A stretch of 64,000 nucleotides of DNA. Origin: an uncultured delta proteobacterium. GTDB taxonomy: Bacteria > Desulfobacterota > Desulfobaccia > Desulfobaccales > 0-14-0-80-60-11. Made by a program: the position numbers and the translations under genes. The notes under the pieces are model-generated. The model worked only from the letters and a program-made list of their open reading frames with translations. It ran no database searches and was not told the DNA's origin. Of this stretch, positions 46,032 through 56,127 are shown piece after piece (positions within the stretch are counted from its first letter, which is position 1; the number at the start of each line of letters is the position of its first letter). The stretch spans positions 1,233,933 through 1,297,932 of the forward strand of contig CAVPBF010000004.1 of the NCBI GenBank assembly GCA_963701845.1, given 5' to 3'.

Positions 46032-46460
46032 TTAACGGGTGGGCCGGGCATACTGCCTGGCCTTGGCGAAGGCCTCCTCGGCTTCTTTCTGCTTACCGTG
46101 GTCCTTGAGGAAATCCCCCAGGTAGTTCCAGCCCTCGGCATAATCGGGCTTGATTTGCACGGCCTTACGCAGTTCCTCTTCGGCCTCCTTGAGGTCGCCG
46201 TTCTGAGCCAGGGCGCTGCCCCTGAGGCTGTGGGCCTCCGCCCAGTCGGGCCTGATACCGATGGCGGCCTGGAAGGCCTGGGCCGCCTCGCCATTGCGGC
46301 CTTCCTCAGCCAGGATCAGGCCGTATTTGTAGTAATCCTGGGCGGCCTTTTGATTGAGGGCTTTCACTTTATCTTGAGCCCCCTGGGCGCAGGCGTTCTG
46401 CACCCCGCCAACCAGGGCCAGGCAGGCGACCAAAAGCATTAGGCTGAGCCATCGCACCAT
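46032..46460 (-). CDS. Secreted TPR-repeat protein
   Basis: Signal peptide, then repeated ...G...EA...F..A....P..A.A....G motifs (AQAFQAAIGIRPDWAEAHSLRGSAL..., KAVQIKPDYAEGWNYLG). Confidence 0.7.
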   Translation of the reverse strand: MVRWLSLMLLVACLALVGGVQNACAQGAQDKVKALNQKAAQDYYKYGLILAEEGRNGEAAQAFQAAIGIRPDWAEAHSLRGSALAQNGDLKEAEEELRKAVQIKPDYAEGWNYLGDFLKDHGKQKEAEEAFAKARQYARPTR

Positions 46461-46510
46461 ATTGTTCTCCTTCAGAAAATTAATCTCTCAGGCCAAGACG
46501 CCAAACGATA

Positions 46511-46532
46511 GGTGCGCCGTGCGCACCCTACA
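46511..46532 (-). repeat. REP-like element
   Basis: ggtgcgccgtgcgcaccctaca. Confidence 0.75.
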
Positions 46533-46570
46533 TCACCTTTGCCTTCGCCAACCCAAAACTCTGGCTGACC

Positions 46571-46594
46571 GCTGAAAGCTGATAGCTGATAGCT
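46571..46594 (-). repeat. Heptad tandem array
   Basis: gctgaaa gctgata gctgata gct, abutting/overlapping the coaX stop (46593-95). Confidence 0.8.
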
Positions 46595-47387
46595 ATTTAG
46601 CCCTCTCCTCCCGGCGGGGGCGATTGCGCTCATAGATGATCTTCAAACCCTTGAGGGTGAGATAGTCATCCACCGCATCGATCGCCTTGGTTTCCGAGGC
46701 GATGAGGCAGGCCAGGCCCCCGGTGGCGATGACCCGGGCCTTGTGGTTGCCCAGGGCCTCTTTGATGCGGCTGACGATGCCGTCCACCAGTCCGGCGTAA
46801 CCATAGATGATCCCGGCGTTCATGCTGCTGATGGTGTCCTTGGCGATGACGCTCTTGGGCTTGGCGAAGATCTCGACCCGGGGCAGCTTGGAGGCCTTGA
46901 GGAACAGGGCTTCGCAGGAGATCATCACCCCGGGGGCGATGACCCCGCCCAGGTATTCTCCCTGGCGGGAGACCACGTCGAAGGTGGTGGCGGTGCCGAA
47001 ATCCACGATCACCACCTCGGCGTGCACCTGCTCGTAAGCAGCCACGGCGTTGACGATGCGATCCGCTCCCACTTCCCGGGGATTGTCGTAGTAGATGGGC
47101 ATGCCGGTCTTGATGCCCGGCCCCACCCACAGGGGCCGCACCTGCAGGTAACGCAGGGCGAAGCCTTCCAGGGTGTTGTTCATCGGGGGCACCACCGAGG
47201 AGATGACCAGGTCGGTGCCGGGCTCCAAGGTCAGGCCCTGGGCCTGAAAGAGATTGCGCAACAGGATGCCCAACTCATCGATGGTGGCTTCCTTCTCGGT
47301 GCGGATGCGCCAATCGCTCAGGAGTTGATCATTTTGGTAGACGCCGATAACCGTGTTGGTATTGCCCACATCCATTACCACCAGCAT
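46593..47387 (-). CDS. coaX: Type III pantothenate kinase
   Basis: [17 protein letters not shown]...[10 protein letters not shown]...ATGGLA. Confidence 0.9.
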   Translation of the reverse strand: MLVVMDVGNTNTVIGVYQNDQLLSDWRIRTEKEATIDELGILLRNLFQAQGLTLEPGTDLVISSVVPPMNNTLEGFALRYLQVRPLWVGPGIKTGMPIYYDNPREVGADRIVNAVAAYEQVHAEVVIVDFGTATTFDVVSRQGEYLGGVIAPGVMISCEALFLKASKLPRVEIFAKPKSVIAKDTISSMNAGIIYGYAGLVDGIVSRIKEALGNHKARVIATGGLACLIASETKAIDAVDDYLTLKGLKIIYERNRPRREERAK

Positions 47388-47401
47388 GAGCCGCGCTCTC
47401 C

Positions 47402-48760
47402 TCAGTTCAGCAAGGCGTCCAGGGTCTGGGCCAGGTCCTGGACCACCTCTTCAATCTGCTGTTGATCCCCGCCTTCGGCCATAAGGCGCAGTTTCGGTTC
47501 AGTACCGGAGTAGCGCACCAGCAGGCGGCCCTGGGGACCCAGGCGCCGTTCCGCCTCGCGCAGCGCCTGCCGGGCCTTGGGCAGGGTATTCAGGTCCTGC
47601 TTCTCCTTAACCATCAGGTTGATCAGCACCTGGGGATAATTCTCCATGAAACCGGCCAGTTCGGTCAGGGGCTTATTCTCCCGGCGCATCACCGCCAGCA
47701 GCCTCAGGGCCGTGAGAATGCCGTCCCCGGTGGTGGAGTGATTCAGGAAGACCAGGTGGCCGGACTGTTCTCCGCCCAGGACGTAGCCCCCTTTCTTCAT
47801 CTCCTCCAGGACATAGCGGTCACCCACCGGGGCCCGCAACAGCTTCAAGCCGTGTTGCTTGAGAGCCACCTCCAGGCCCAGGTTGGTCATGACCGTGCCC
47901 ACTACCGTCTTGTGGGCCAAGCGCTCCCGGCGCTGCATGTCCAGGGCGCAGATGCCCAGGATGTGGTCGCCGTCCACCACCCGGCCGAAGTGGTCCACCA
48001 TGATGCACCGGTCGCCGTCACCGTCGAAGGCGATGCCCAGGTCGGCCCGGTGGCGTTTCACCAGGGCGGCCATGGCCTCGGGGTAGGTAGCGCCGCACAT
48101 GCGGTTGATATTCTTGCCGTTGGGCCGGACCCCGATGGGGATAATCTCGGCCCCCAACTCACTGAAGACCTCCGGCGCCACCTTGTAAGTGGCCCCATGG
48201 GCGCAGTCCAGGACGATCTTGAGGCCGTCCAGTTCCAACTCCTTGGGAAAGGTACTCTTGAGGTAGGAGATATAGCGGCCCTTGGCGTCCTCCATGCGGA
48301 CGGCCTGGCCGATGTCGGTGGCGGTGGGCCGGGCGCCGTCCACTTCGGCGTTGACCATCAGGCTCTCGATGTGGGCTTCGACTTCGTCGGGCAGCTTGAA
48401 ACCGTCCCCGGAGAAGAATTTGATGCCGTTGTCCTGGTAGGGATTATGGGAGGCCGAAATGACCACCCCGGCGTCGGCCCGCATGGAACTGGTGATGTAG
48501 GCGATGCCCGGGGTGGGCAGCGGGCCCAGCAGCATGACATCCACCCCCATGGAGCAGATGCCGGCGGCAATGGCGTACTCCAGGAGGTAGCCCGAAAGGC
48601 GGGTGTCTTTGCCCACCACGATGCGGTGCCGGCCGGGGCCGTATTTGATCACATAGGCCAGGGCCCGTCCCAATTGCAGGGCCACCTCGGCGGTCATGGG
48701 ATAGACGTTGGCCACCCCTCGAACCCCGTCGGTGCCGAAAAGATGTCGTTTTTCCGTCAT
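47402..48760 (-). CDS. glmM: Phosphoglucosamine mutase
   Basis: [15 protein letters not shown]...[16 protein letters not shown]...DGDGDR...GGEQSGH. Internal Met chosen. Confidence 0.9.
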   Translation of the reverse strand: MTEKRHLFGTDGVRGVANVYPMTAEVALQLGRALAYVIKYGPGRHRIVVGKDTRLSGYLLEYAIAAGICSMGVDVMLLGPLPTPGIAYITSSMRADAGVVISASHNPYQDNGIKFFSGDGFKLPDEVEAHIESLMVNAEVDGARPTATDIGQAVRMEDAKGRYISYLKSTFPKELELDGLKIVLDCAHGATYKVAPEVFSELGAEIIPIGVRPNGKNINRMCGATYPEAMAALVKRHRADLGIAFDGDGDRCIMVDHFGRVVDGDHILGICALDMQRRERLAHKTVVGTVMTNLGLEVALKQHGLKLLRAPVGDRYVLEEMKKGGYVLGGEQSGHLVFLNHSTTGDGILTALRLLAVMRRENKPLTELAGFMENYPQVLINLMVKEKQDLNTLPKARQALREAERRLGPQGRLLVRYSGTEPKLRLMAEGGDQQQIEEVVQDLAQTLDALLN

Positions 48761-48862
48761 TGCCTCAGCACTCCAGTCAACTGCTTTTTTAAACTTCACT
48801 TTTCGCTGCCTCTTTTTACCATAATCGCCGATAAATGGCATTAGTCCAGGGAATGGTTGAGA

Positions 48863-49075
48863 CTAGCCCTCCCCTTTTTCCTCCTGCCAGTGAATACATC
48901 GGACCGGGCATTCGTCCACGGCGTCCAGGATCTTTTCTTCCGGAGCCCCTTGCGGATCGATCACCTCGGAGTGCTCCAGGGCCTCGTTGAGCCGGAACAC
49001 CTCGGGACACACCTGCTGGCAGTTGCCGCAGGCAATGCATTCCTCTGTATCGATTACTGGAATTCTTTTCACCAT
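48863..49075 (-). CDS. Small ferredoxin
   Basis: MVKRIPVIDTEECIACGNCQQVCPEVF...ECPVRCIHW. Confidence 0.75.
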   Translation of the reverse strand: MVKRIPVIDTEECIACGNCQQVCPEVFRLNEALEHSEVIDPQGAPEEKILDAVDECPVRCIHWQEEKGEG

Positions 49076-49133
49076 TTTATTCCTTTCCCGGGACCAAGAC
49101 CAGGTCCTGAACTGGCCGACATCGCCGCTCAGC

Positions 49134-49451
49134 TTAAATGGGTGGCGCGATGGTAACCAAAAGCCGCACGTCCGTCTTGGCCTTGAATCCATGTGGTTCA
49201 GCGATGTCGCAGATGAGCGCATCCCCTTTTTTGGCCGGCAGCGAGGCGCTTTCCCGGCCCAGAAACTCGCCCTCCCCTTCCAGGACCACCAGGCTCACCT
49301 GGCCTTCAATGTCATGGGCATGCACCGGCAGTTCCTGGCCGGCCTTGAAGTTGAAGTTGAGGATTTTGAAATAGGGTGAGTCGTGCACCAACAGTTTTGC
49401 CATGCCCTGATCGGCAAATTTGCCCTCGGTATAAAGTTCGACCTTTTTCAT
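49134..49451 (-). CDS. Cupin domain protein
   Basis: 105 aa; ...QELPVHAHDIEGQVSLVVLEGEGEF is a cupin motif-1-like segment. Confidence 0.7.
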   Translation of the reverse strand: MKKVELYTEGKFADQGMAKLLVHDSPYFKILNFNFKAGQELPVHAHDIEGQVSLVVLEGEGEFLGRESASLPAKKGDALICDIAEPHGFKAKTDVRLLVTIAPPI

Positions 49452-49483
49452 GCCTTATCCTCCGTCGGTTCAGGGGCCGGACC

Positions 49484-49687
49484 CTACATTTCGTCGGCCC
49501 AATGGATGCACGACACCGGGCAGGAGTCGATGGCCTCCTGGATCTTGTCGTCCGGGGCCCCGCCGGGGTTGATCACCTGGGCAAACCCCAGGCTCTCGTT
49601 GACCCTGAACACCTCCGGGCAGAGTTCCTCGCAGCTGCCGCAGGCAATGCATTCGTCCTCCACGATGAAAGGGACGTGTTCCGCCAT
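49484..49687 (-). CDS. Small ferredoxin (paralog of 48863..49075)
   Basis: MAEHVPFIVEDECIACGSCEELCPEVF...SCPVSCIHW. Confidence 0.8.
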   Translation of the reverse strand: MAEHVPFIVEDECIACGSCEELCPEVFRVNESLGFAQVINPGGAPDDKIQEAIDSCPVSCIHWADEM

Positions 49688-49690
49688 AGT

Positions 49691-52405
49691 TTATCCTCCT
49701 TGAATCTTCTCATCATTCTGAAAACTGACTGCGGGCTGCTGCAAATGCATCTCCACCCGGAAGGTCTGGGACTCTAACTGCCGGGTCAGGCTGAAACCCA
49801 GACGTTTCACCATATCTAACATAGGCTGGTTGGTGGCCAGGACTTCGCCCCAGAGGAGCTTAACTCCACGCTCCCGGGCGATGGCGATGAGCTCCTCCAC
49901 CAGTTTGGGCCCCAGGCCCTTGCCCTGCCATTGGTCCGCCACAATGATGGCAAACTCCGCGGTCTCCCGGTTGGCCTCCATCACCAGGCGGCTCACCCCC
50001 AGCATGACCTCCGGACCCGGCGGCCGGCCGATGGCCATCAGACCCAGCTCCCGGTCGTAATCGTTCTGGGTGAAGCGGATCAGCATCTCATGGGTCCACT
50101 TCTTGATCAGCTTGAAGTAGCGGAAATAGAGGGTTTCTTCCGAACACTTGCCGAGAAAATCGGACACCAGTTGCTCATCTTCCGGCTTCATGGGGCGGAT
50201 CAAGAGCGGCGTGCCGTCCCGCAGCATCCAATCAATTTCGTACTGGTTGGGATACGGCGCAATGATGAGATGCCGGGGCGCCCGCACCGTAGTGGGCTGC
50301 AACACGATGCGGGCATCGACGCCCACGAAGCGGCCGCTGATGACCGACACGGGGTTGATATCCAGTTCGACGATTTCCGGGAAATCCGTCACCAGTTGAG
50401 AGACCCGCACCAGAATTTCGCTCAGGAGATCCAGGTTCGCCGGCGGGAGGTTGCGGTAGCCCTGGAGCAGCCTGGCGACCTTGGTTTTTTCGATCAGCCG
50501 GCGCGCCAGCAGCAGGTTCAGGGGCGGCAGGTCCACCATGGCGTCTTCCAGGACCTCGGTGAAGGCGCCCCCGGCGCCAAAGAGGATCAGGGGGCCGAAA
50601 TCCGCGTCCTGCTTGCAACCGATGAGCAGTTCGCAGTCGGGGTGTTTCTCCTGCTCCTGGACGGTGACCCCCAGGATGCGGGCTTCCGGCCTCATCGCCC
50701 GGACGTCTTCGATGAGTTCGTGAAACGCCGCCAGGACCTCGGATTCGCTGTGAATATGGAAGCGGATCCCCTTGACCTCGGTCTTGTGGGTGATATCCGG
50801 CGAATTAATCTTCATCACCACCGGGAACCCCAGGCCCCGGGCCGCGGTCACCGCCTCCGGGGCGGAAGCGGCCGCCACCGTGCGGTTCACCGGGATGCCG
50901 TAGGCTGACAGGATGGCCTTGGATTCCAGCTCCGTGAGGAGGGTAGCCTGACGTTCCAGGCAATGGTCGATGAAGGTCCGGGCCGTTCTGGTGTTGATCT
51001 GCAACTCCCGGGACATCTGGGGCGGGGTCTCTTGCAGCAACTGGAGATGCCGGGAGTGGAAATACATTTCCATGAAGATGTCCACCGCCTGCTCCGGGGT
51101 CTCGAAGGTGGGGATGCCGGCGTCAGTGAAGATTTTCACCCCTGCGGCCACCTCTTCGCCGCCCATCCAGACGGCGAATACCGGCCGGGCCTGGCCCTGC
51201 ACCTCCGGCGCCACGGCCCGGGCCGTCCCGGTGGGGTCGGCGAGGGCCTGGGGCGACAGGATAATCACCAGCCCCGAAAGCTCCGGGGCCTGCATGGCGA
51301 GATGGACCGCCTGCTGATAACGTTCCGGCGGGGCGTCGCCCAGGATATCGATGGGATTGGCGCGGCTCCAGTGGGACGGCAGAATCTCATCCAGTTGGGC
51401 CACGGTCTCGGCGGCCAGGACCCCGGGCTCCGCCTGCCAGCGGGCCAGGGCGTCCACCGCCATCACCCCGGGGCCACCGGCGTTGGTGATGATCCCCAGG
51501 GCCCCGCCGGTGGGCAGCTTCAGCTTGCCCAGGGCCTCGGCGCAGTCGAAGAGCTGGCCCACCGTGTCCACCCGGATGATCCCGGCCCGGCGGAAGGCGG
51601 CATTATAGGCGGCGTCCTCCCCCACCATGGCCCCGGTATGGGAGGCCGCGGCCCGGGCCCCGGCCAGGCTGCGGCCGGCCTTGATGACGATGATGGGCTT
51701 GACTCGGGACACCGAGCGGGCGGCGCTCATGAATTTGCGGTGTTGGGTCAGGCTCTCCATGTAGAGGATGATGGAGCGGACCTTCTGGTCATTGCCCAGG
51801 TAATCGATGAGGTCGCCGAAGTCCAGGTCGGTCATGGAACCGACGCTGACGAAGTGGCTGAAGCCGATGTTTTTCTGGGCGGACCAGCCCAGGATGGAGT
51901 TGCACAGGGCGCCGCTCTGGGAGATGAAGGCCAGGTTACCCGGTGGCGGAGCATAGGCCGACAGGCTGGCGTTGAGATGGGTGGCGGGCGCGATCAGCCC
52001 CATGGTGTTGGGCCCCAGATAACGCACCCCGGCCGCGGCGGCCTCGGCCTTGATGGCGGCCTCGATCTCCTTGCCACCCGGCCCCACCTCCCGGCCGCCG
52101 GCCGAGATGATGATGGCGGCCTTGATGCCGGCCTGGCCGCACTCCTTGATGACCTCCGGCACATCCTTGATGGGGATGGCGATGATCGCCAGGTCCGCCG
52201 GTTCCGGCAGCGAGGCCACGGCAGCGTAGGCGGTAAGGCCGTGAATCTCTGGGTAATTCCGGTTAATGGGGAAAATGCCACCGGCAAAACCGCCCCGGAT
52301 CAGATTTTGGACCAGGGTCGAGCCGATGCGGCCCGCTTTTTCGCTGGCCCCGATCACCGCCACCGAATCCGGCTTGAAAAAGGCATCCAGGAGAATTTTT
52401 TTCAT
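49691..52405 (-). CDS. ADP-forming acetyl/acyl-CoA synthetase fused to a C-terminal GNAT (Pat/PatZ-like protein acetyltransferase architecture)
   Basis: MKKILLDAFFKPDSVAVIGASEK.GRIG (CoA-binding), succinyl-CoA-synthetase-like flavodoxin and ATP-grasp regions, C-terminal ...IIVADQWQGKGLGPKLVEELI (GNAT motif A). The 180 codons upstream in the track ORF are Arg/Pro/Gly junk. Confidence 0.8.
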   Translation of the reverse strand: MKKILLDAFFKPDSVAVIGASEKAGRIGSTLVQNLIRGGFAGGIFPINRNYPEIHGLTAYAAVASLPEPADLAIIAIPIKDVPEVIKECGQAGIKAAIIISAGGREVGPGGKEIEAAIKAEAAAAGVRYLGPNTMGLIAPATHLNASLSAYAPPPGNLAFISQSGALCNSILGWSAQKNIGFSHFVSVGSMTDLDFGDLIDYLGNDQKVRSIILYMESLTQHRKFMSAARSVSRVKPIIVIKAGRSLAGARAAASHTGAMVGEDAAYNAAFRRAGIIRVDTVGQLFDCAEALGKLKLPTGGALGIITNAGGPGVMAVDALARWQAEPGVLAAETVAQLDEILPSHWSRANPIDILGDAPPERYQQAVHLAMQAPELSGLVIILSPQALADPTGTARAVAPEVQGQARPVFAVWMGGEEVAAGVKIFTDAGIPTFETPEQAVDIFMEMYFHSRHLQLLQETPPQMSRELQINTRTARTFIDHCLERQATLLTELESKAILSAYGIPVNRTVAAASAPEAVTAARGLGFPVVMKINSPDITHKTEVKGIRFHIHSESEVLAAFHELIEDVRAMRPEARILGVTVQEQEKHPDCELLIGCKQDADFGPLILFGAGGAFTEVLEDAMVDLPPLNLLLARRLIEKTKVARLLQGYRNLPPANLDLLSEILVRVSQLVTDFPEIVELDINPVSVISGRFVGVDARIVLQPTTVRAPRHLIIAPYPNQYEIDWMLRDGTPLLIRPMKPEDEQLVSDFLGKCSEETLYFRYFKLIKKWTHEMLIRFTQNDYDRELGLMAIGRPPGPEVMLGVSRLVMEANRETAEFAIIVADQWQGKGLGPKLVEELIAIARERGVKLLWGEVLATNQPMLDMVKRLGFSLTRQLESQTFRVEMHLQQPAVSFQNDEKIQGG

Positions 52406-52479
52406 GCTCGCATCCTTTTCCAAGAGGTTGGGGCCGCGTCCGAGGCGTTTCCGGCAGTTTATGGGGCGCCGTGCGCCCC

Positions 52480-53178
52480 CTACACTTTTTTCCAGCCGCC
52501 GGCAAAGACCGTGACCCGGTGCCGCAAAGGGCTGGTGCGGCCCCGGCCGTAGCGGCTCAAGGCCGCCGATTCCCGGTGTTTCAGGATTTGCCAGTCTGAC
52601 GGATCGCCGGTGGCCCCGCCGCCGGCCTCGCCCACCAGAATAAGATAATGCAGAAAATCCGCCTGGCAAATCCCAGCCACCGATTGTCCCGGCGGCGGCC
52701 AGGCATAAAGGATAACTTCGGGGCAAAAATCTTGGCTGACAGTGCAGACGTCGCCCCGCTCCACCCGGGGGTGGGTCCCGAGCCCGGATTGGAATTCCCC
52801 CTCGCCTTTGTCCACGGCCCGGAAGGCGAGGCCCGCCGCCTCGCAGAGCGGGGCCAGGGCCACGCTGAGGTAGCCCCGGCCGGCGCCGACCTCCAGCAAG
52901 CGGGGAGTTTTCAGGAGCTGAAGATAGCGGAGCAGGCGGTGCGGCCATTCCCGGGAGGGGAAAAAATAGACCCCGGTGGCCTGGGACAGGGCCATGAGCC
53001 AGGCCGCCGGGTCCGGTTCCCGGGCGAGCAGCTCCTGCCAGCGGGCCTCGGGCAGCAGATAATCCACTGGGCCTTCTCCCGGTTCGGGGAGGCGCACCAG
53101 GCAGCGGGCCTCTTCCAGAAATTGGCGATGTTCCCGAAAGGTTGAGAACTGCAATATCCTATTTTCCTCTAGATTCAA
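52480..53178 (-). CDS. Putative class I SAM-dependent methyltransferase (TTG start, uncertain)
   Basis: RLLEVGAGRGYLS matches the SAM-binding motif I. There is no closer family assignment. Confidence 0.45.
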   Translation of the reverse strand: MNLEENRILQFSTFREHRQFLEEARCLVRLPEPGEGPVDYLLPEARWQELLAREPDPAAWLMALSQATGVYFFPSREWPHRLLRYLQLLKTPRLLEVGAGRGYLSVALAPLCEAAGLAFRAVDKGEGEFQSGLGTHPRVERGDVCTVSQDFCPEVILYAWPPPGQSVAGICQADFLHYLILVGEAGGGATGDPSDWQILKHRESAALSRYGRGRTSPLRHRVTVFAGGWKKV

Positions 53179-53311
53179 GCTGGAATATCGGCCGGCGATA
53201 TCGGCCGGCGATGCTTTAAGGTTGAAGCTTGCCTGTCATTGTGAAATAATCCTCATGATAATGCCAGAACTTCTCCAGGATTGCTGATTAAAATTGCACG
53301 AATTCTAGGCC

Positions 53312-54152
53312 ATGGCCCATCCCGTCCCCAAATTTGAGCCCAGCGGTTTGCGCCTGGGTTGCCTCCTGGGCCTGGCCCTGCTGCTCCTGGCCGGGACCTG
53401 GGGCTGTAAATCCGGCTCCGGGCCCGCGGCCCACGCCGTCTGCGTCGCCGGCTCCACCTCGGTGCAGCCCTTCGCCGAGAAATTGGCGGAAATTTTTATG
53501 CAGCAGGAACAGGATTTTCGGATCGACGTCCAGGGCGGCGGCTCCAGCGCCGGTATTCAGGCGGCCATTCAGGGCGCCGCCAACCTGGGGGCCTCTTCCC
53601 GGGAGCTGCTCGGCCCGGAAAAGCAGCTCGTGGAGATCCCCATCGCCTATGACGGCATCGCCATCATCGTGCATCCCTCCAACCCGCTGGCCGACCTCAG
53701 CGTGGCGCAAATCAAGCAGATCTTCACCGGCCGGTTGACCAACTGGCGGGAGTTGGGCCTGCCGCCCCGGGAGATCGACGCCATCAACCGGGAAGAGGGC
53801 TCCGGCACCCGGGAGGCCTTCGAGCACCTGGTGATGGGGAAGACCGAAGTGAGTCCGGCCGCCATGGTGCAGGACTCCAACGGCTCGGTGCGGGAGATCG
53901 TCGCCGGCGACCCCAACGCCATCGGCTATATCTCCGCCGGTCTGGTGGATAACCGGGTCAAGGCCCTGACCATCGAAGGCGTCCGGCCCACCCGGGAAAA
54001 TATCAAGAACCATACTTATAAATTGCGGCGCCGTTTTCTGCTGGTCAGCCGGGAGGCTCCCGGCTGGCACTTGCAAAGAATTCGTCGATTTTGTCCTGAG
54101 TCCCCGGGGCCAGCAGATTCTGGAATCAGAAGGGCTGGTGGGGATCAACTAA
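53312..54152 (+). CDS. pstS: Phosphate ABC transporter substrate-binding protein, one frameshift near 54060
   Basis: Lipoprotein-like signal (LLAGTWGC), ...AGSTSVQPF...GGGSSAGI...EGSGTREAF... The C-terminus continues in another frame (...FVDFVLSPRGQQILESEGLVGIN). Confidence 0.85.
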
Positions 54153-54997
54153 TGCAACAGGGCAAATTCATCGAGCGGGTCCTGTTTCTCCTGGCCCTGT
54201 CTTCCATCGGCTCCCTGGCCCTGATCACCATCTTCATTTTTTTGGAGGGCGTGCCCCTCATCTACTTTGCCGGCCTGAAGAATTTCCTGCCTCCAGCCAC
54301 TGGGCCCCCACCAAGGGCCACTTCGGCATCCTGGCCATGATCATCTCCTCCGTGCTGGTCACCCTGGGGGCCATGGTCATCGGCGTGCCCCTGGGCCTGA
54401 GCCTGCGCCATCGTCCTGGCGGAATTCTCCCCCCAGCGCCTGAAGACTCGTCTTGAAGCCCACCCTTGAGCTCCTGGCGGGCATCCCTTCGGTGGTTTAC
54501 GGCTTTTTGGGGGTAATCTGGCTGGTGCCGCTGATCCGCAATTACCTGGGCGGCCCCGGACTGTCGCTCCTGGCCGCGGCCCATCATCCTGGGCATCATG
54601 ATCCTCCCCACGGTCATCAGCATCTCCATCGACGCCCTGAGCGCGGTGCCCAGACCTCTACCGGGACGGCTCCATCGCCCTGGGGGCCACCCAACTGGCA
54701 GACGGTGCGCCGGGTGGTGCTGCCCGCGGCCTCTTCCGGCATCATCACCGCGGTCATCCTGGGGATGGGCCGGGCCATCGGCGAGACCATGGCGGTGATC
54801 ATGGTGGCGGGCAACGCCCTGAAGATGCCCACCTCGGTCCTGGACCCGGTGCGCACCCTGACCAGCAACATCGCCCTGGAGCTGGGCTACGCCGCCGGGC
54901 CGCCACCGGGAGGCCCTGTTCGCCACCGGCATCGTGCTGTTCATCATCATCATGATCCTCAATCTGCAGCGCCACCCTCATCACCCGCCGGAGATAA
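54152..54997 (+). CDS. pstC: Phosphate ABC transporter permease PstC, at least 5 frameshifts
   Basis: Fragments ...ALITIFIFLEGVPL.., ..ELLAGIPSVVYGFLG.., ..ILPTVISISIDAL.., ..[40 protein letters not shown].. in alternating frames. The ATG overlaps the pstS stop. Confidence 0.8.
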
Positions 54998-55004
54998 GCC
55001 GCCC

Positions 55005-55845
55005 ATGCGTCTCGACCCCCGGCACCGTCCAAACCCTGATGAAGACCCTGCTCTGGGCCTTGACCGGCTTCACCCTGCTTCATCCTGGTCTTTATCATCG
55101 TGGACATCTCCATCAAGGGCCTGCCCCAGGTGACCCTCAGCTTCCTGTCGCACGAACCCCAGGACATGGGCCGGGCCGGCGGCATCTTTTCCACCATCGT
55201 GGCCACCGCCTATATCACCGCTGCTGGCCATTCTGCTGGCCACCCCCTTGGGCGTGGGGACCGCCATTTACCTCACGGAATACACCCGGGAGGGCTGGAC
55301 CACCCGGCTCATCCGCTTCGGGTCCGAATGCCTGGCCGGGGTGCCCTCCATCATCCTGGGGCTCTTCGGTTTCGTGCTGTTCGTCATGAAACTGGGCTTC
55401 GGCTGGTCGGTGCTCTCCGGCGCCCTGACCCTGGCCATCATGGTGCTGCCCATCATCATCCGCACCCGCGAGGAGGCCATCAAGGCCGTGCCCCAGGAGT
55501 ACCGGCAGGCCTGCTATTCCCTGGGGATGAGCCAGTGGCAGACCATCACCCGCATCGTGCTGCCCAGCGCCCTGCCGGGCATCACCACCGGCATCATGCT
55601 CAGCGTCGGCCGCTCCCTGGGGGAGACCGCGGTGCTGCTGTTCACCGCCGGGGCGGCCCTGCGCACCCCGGTGTCGCTCTTCGATTCCGGCCGCACCATG
55701 GCGGTGCACTTTTACATCCTGGCCCGGGAGGGCCTCTCCATGCCCAACGCTTACGGCACCGCCGCGGTCCTGGTGATCTCCATCCTGGCCATCAATCGTG
55801 GTGGCTTATAGCCTGATGCAGCGCCTGATGAAGAGGTATTCTTAA
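55005..55845 (+). CDS. pstA: Phosphate ABC transporter permease PstA, at least 4 frameshifts
   Basis: ...GIFSTIVATAYIT.. / ..GVGTAIYLTEY...ECLAGVPSII.G.FG...MVLPIIIRTREEA...YSLGMSQWQTI.RIVLP.ALPGI.TG..L..GR..GETA. Confidence 0.8.
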
Positions 55846-55849
55846 AGAC

Positions 55850-55898
55850 AGTTTTTAGTTTTTAGTTTCGAGTTTCGAGTTTCGAGTTTCGAGTATCA
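55850..55898 (+). repeat. Heptad tandem array (7 units; the longest by unit count in the window)
   Basis: agttttt agttttt agtttcg agtttcg agtttcg agtttcg agtatca, starting 5 nt after the pstA stop. Confidence 0.95.
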
Positions 55899-55921
55899 CA
55901 GTTGAGGCTCATAAAATTTTG

Positions 55922-56072
55922 GTAGCCGCAGGCTTTAGCCTGCGCCTTAAGACTAAATGATGATCGGCAAAATTTAGTGATCAACCGCTACTGCGGTTAT
56001 TTTATGAGTGCATAAATGGGGTTCCTCTTTATCCCCTCTCCCCCAATGGGGGAGAGGGTTAGGGTGAGGGGG
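55922..56072. repeat. REP-like elements (two classes)
   Basis: gtagccgcaggctttagcctgcgc (55922-45) and cccctctcccccaatgggggagagggttagggtgaggggg (56033-72). Confidence 0.8.
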
Positions 56073-56127
56073 AAGTAATCTCTTTCCGGCAACAGGCGGG
56101 CCTCGCAGAACCGATGAAGGTGCATTA

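Noticed and set aside
52406-52948. 180-codon N-terminal extension of the Pat-like ORF (49691..52948), overlapping the methyltransferase gene.
   Set aside because: The extension is low-complexity (RRRPGLPQRGPGPALRGGG...). The conserved CoA-binding N-terminus starts at MKKILLDAFFKPDSVAVIGAS (ATG at 52405).
53233-53265. Pho box upstream of pstS (CTGTCAT at 53233-39).
   Set aside because: Only one good heptamer is present. The expected second CTGTCAT-like repeat 11 bp downstream is absent (aaataat), so support is too weak without a PWM scan.
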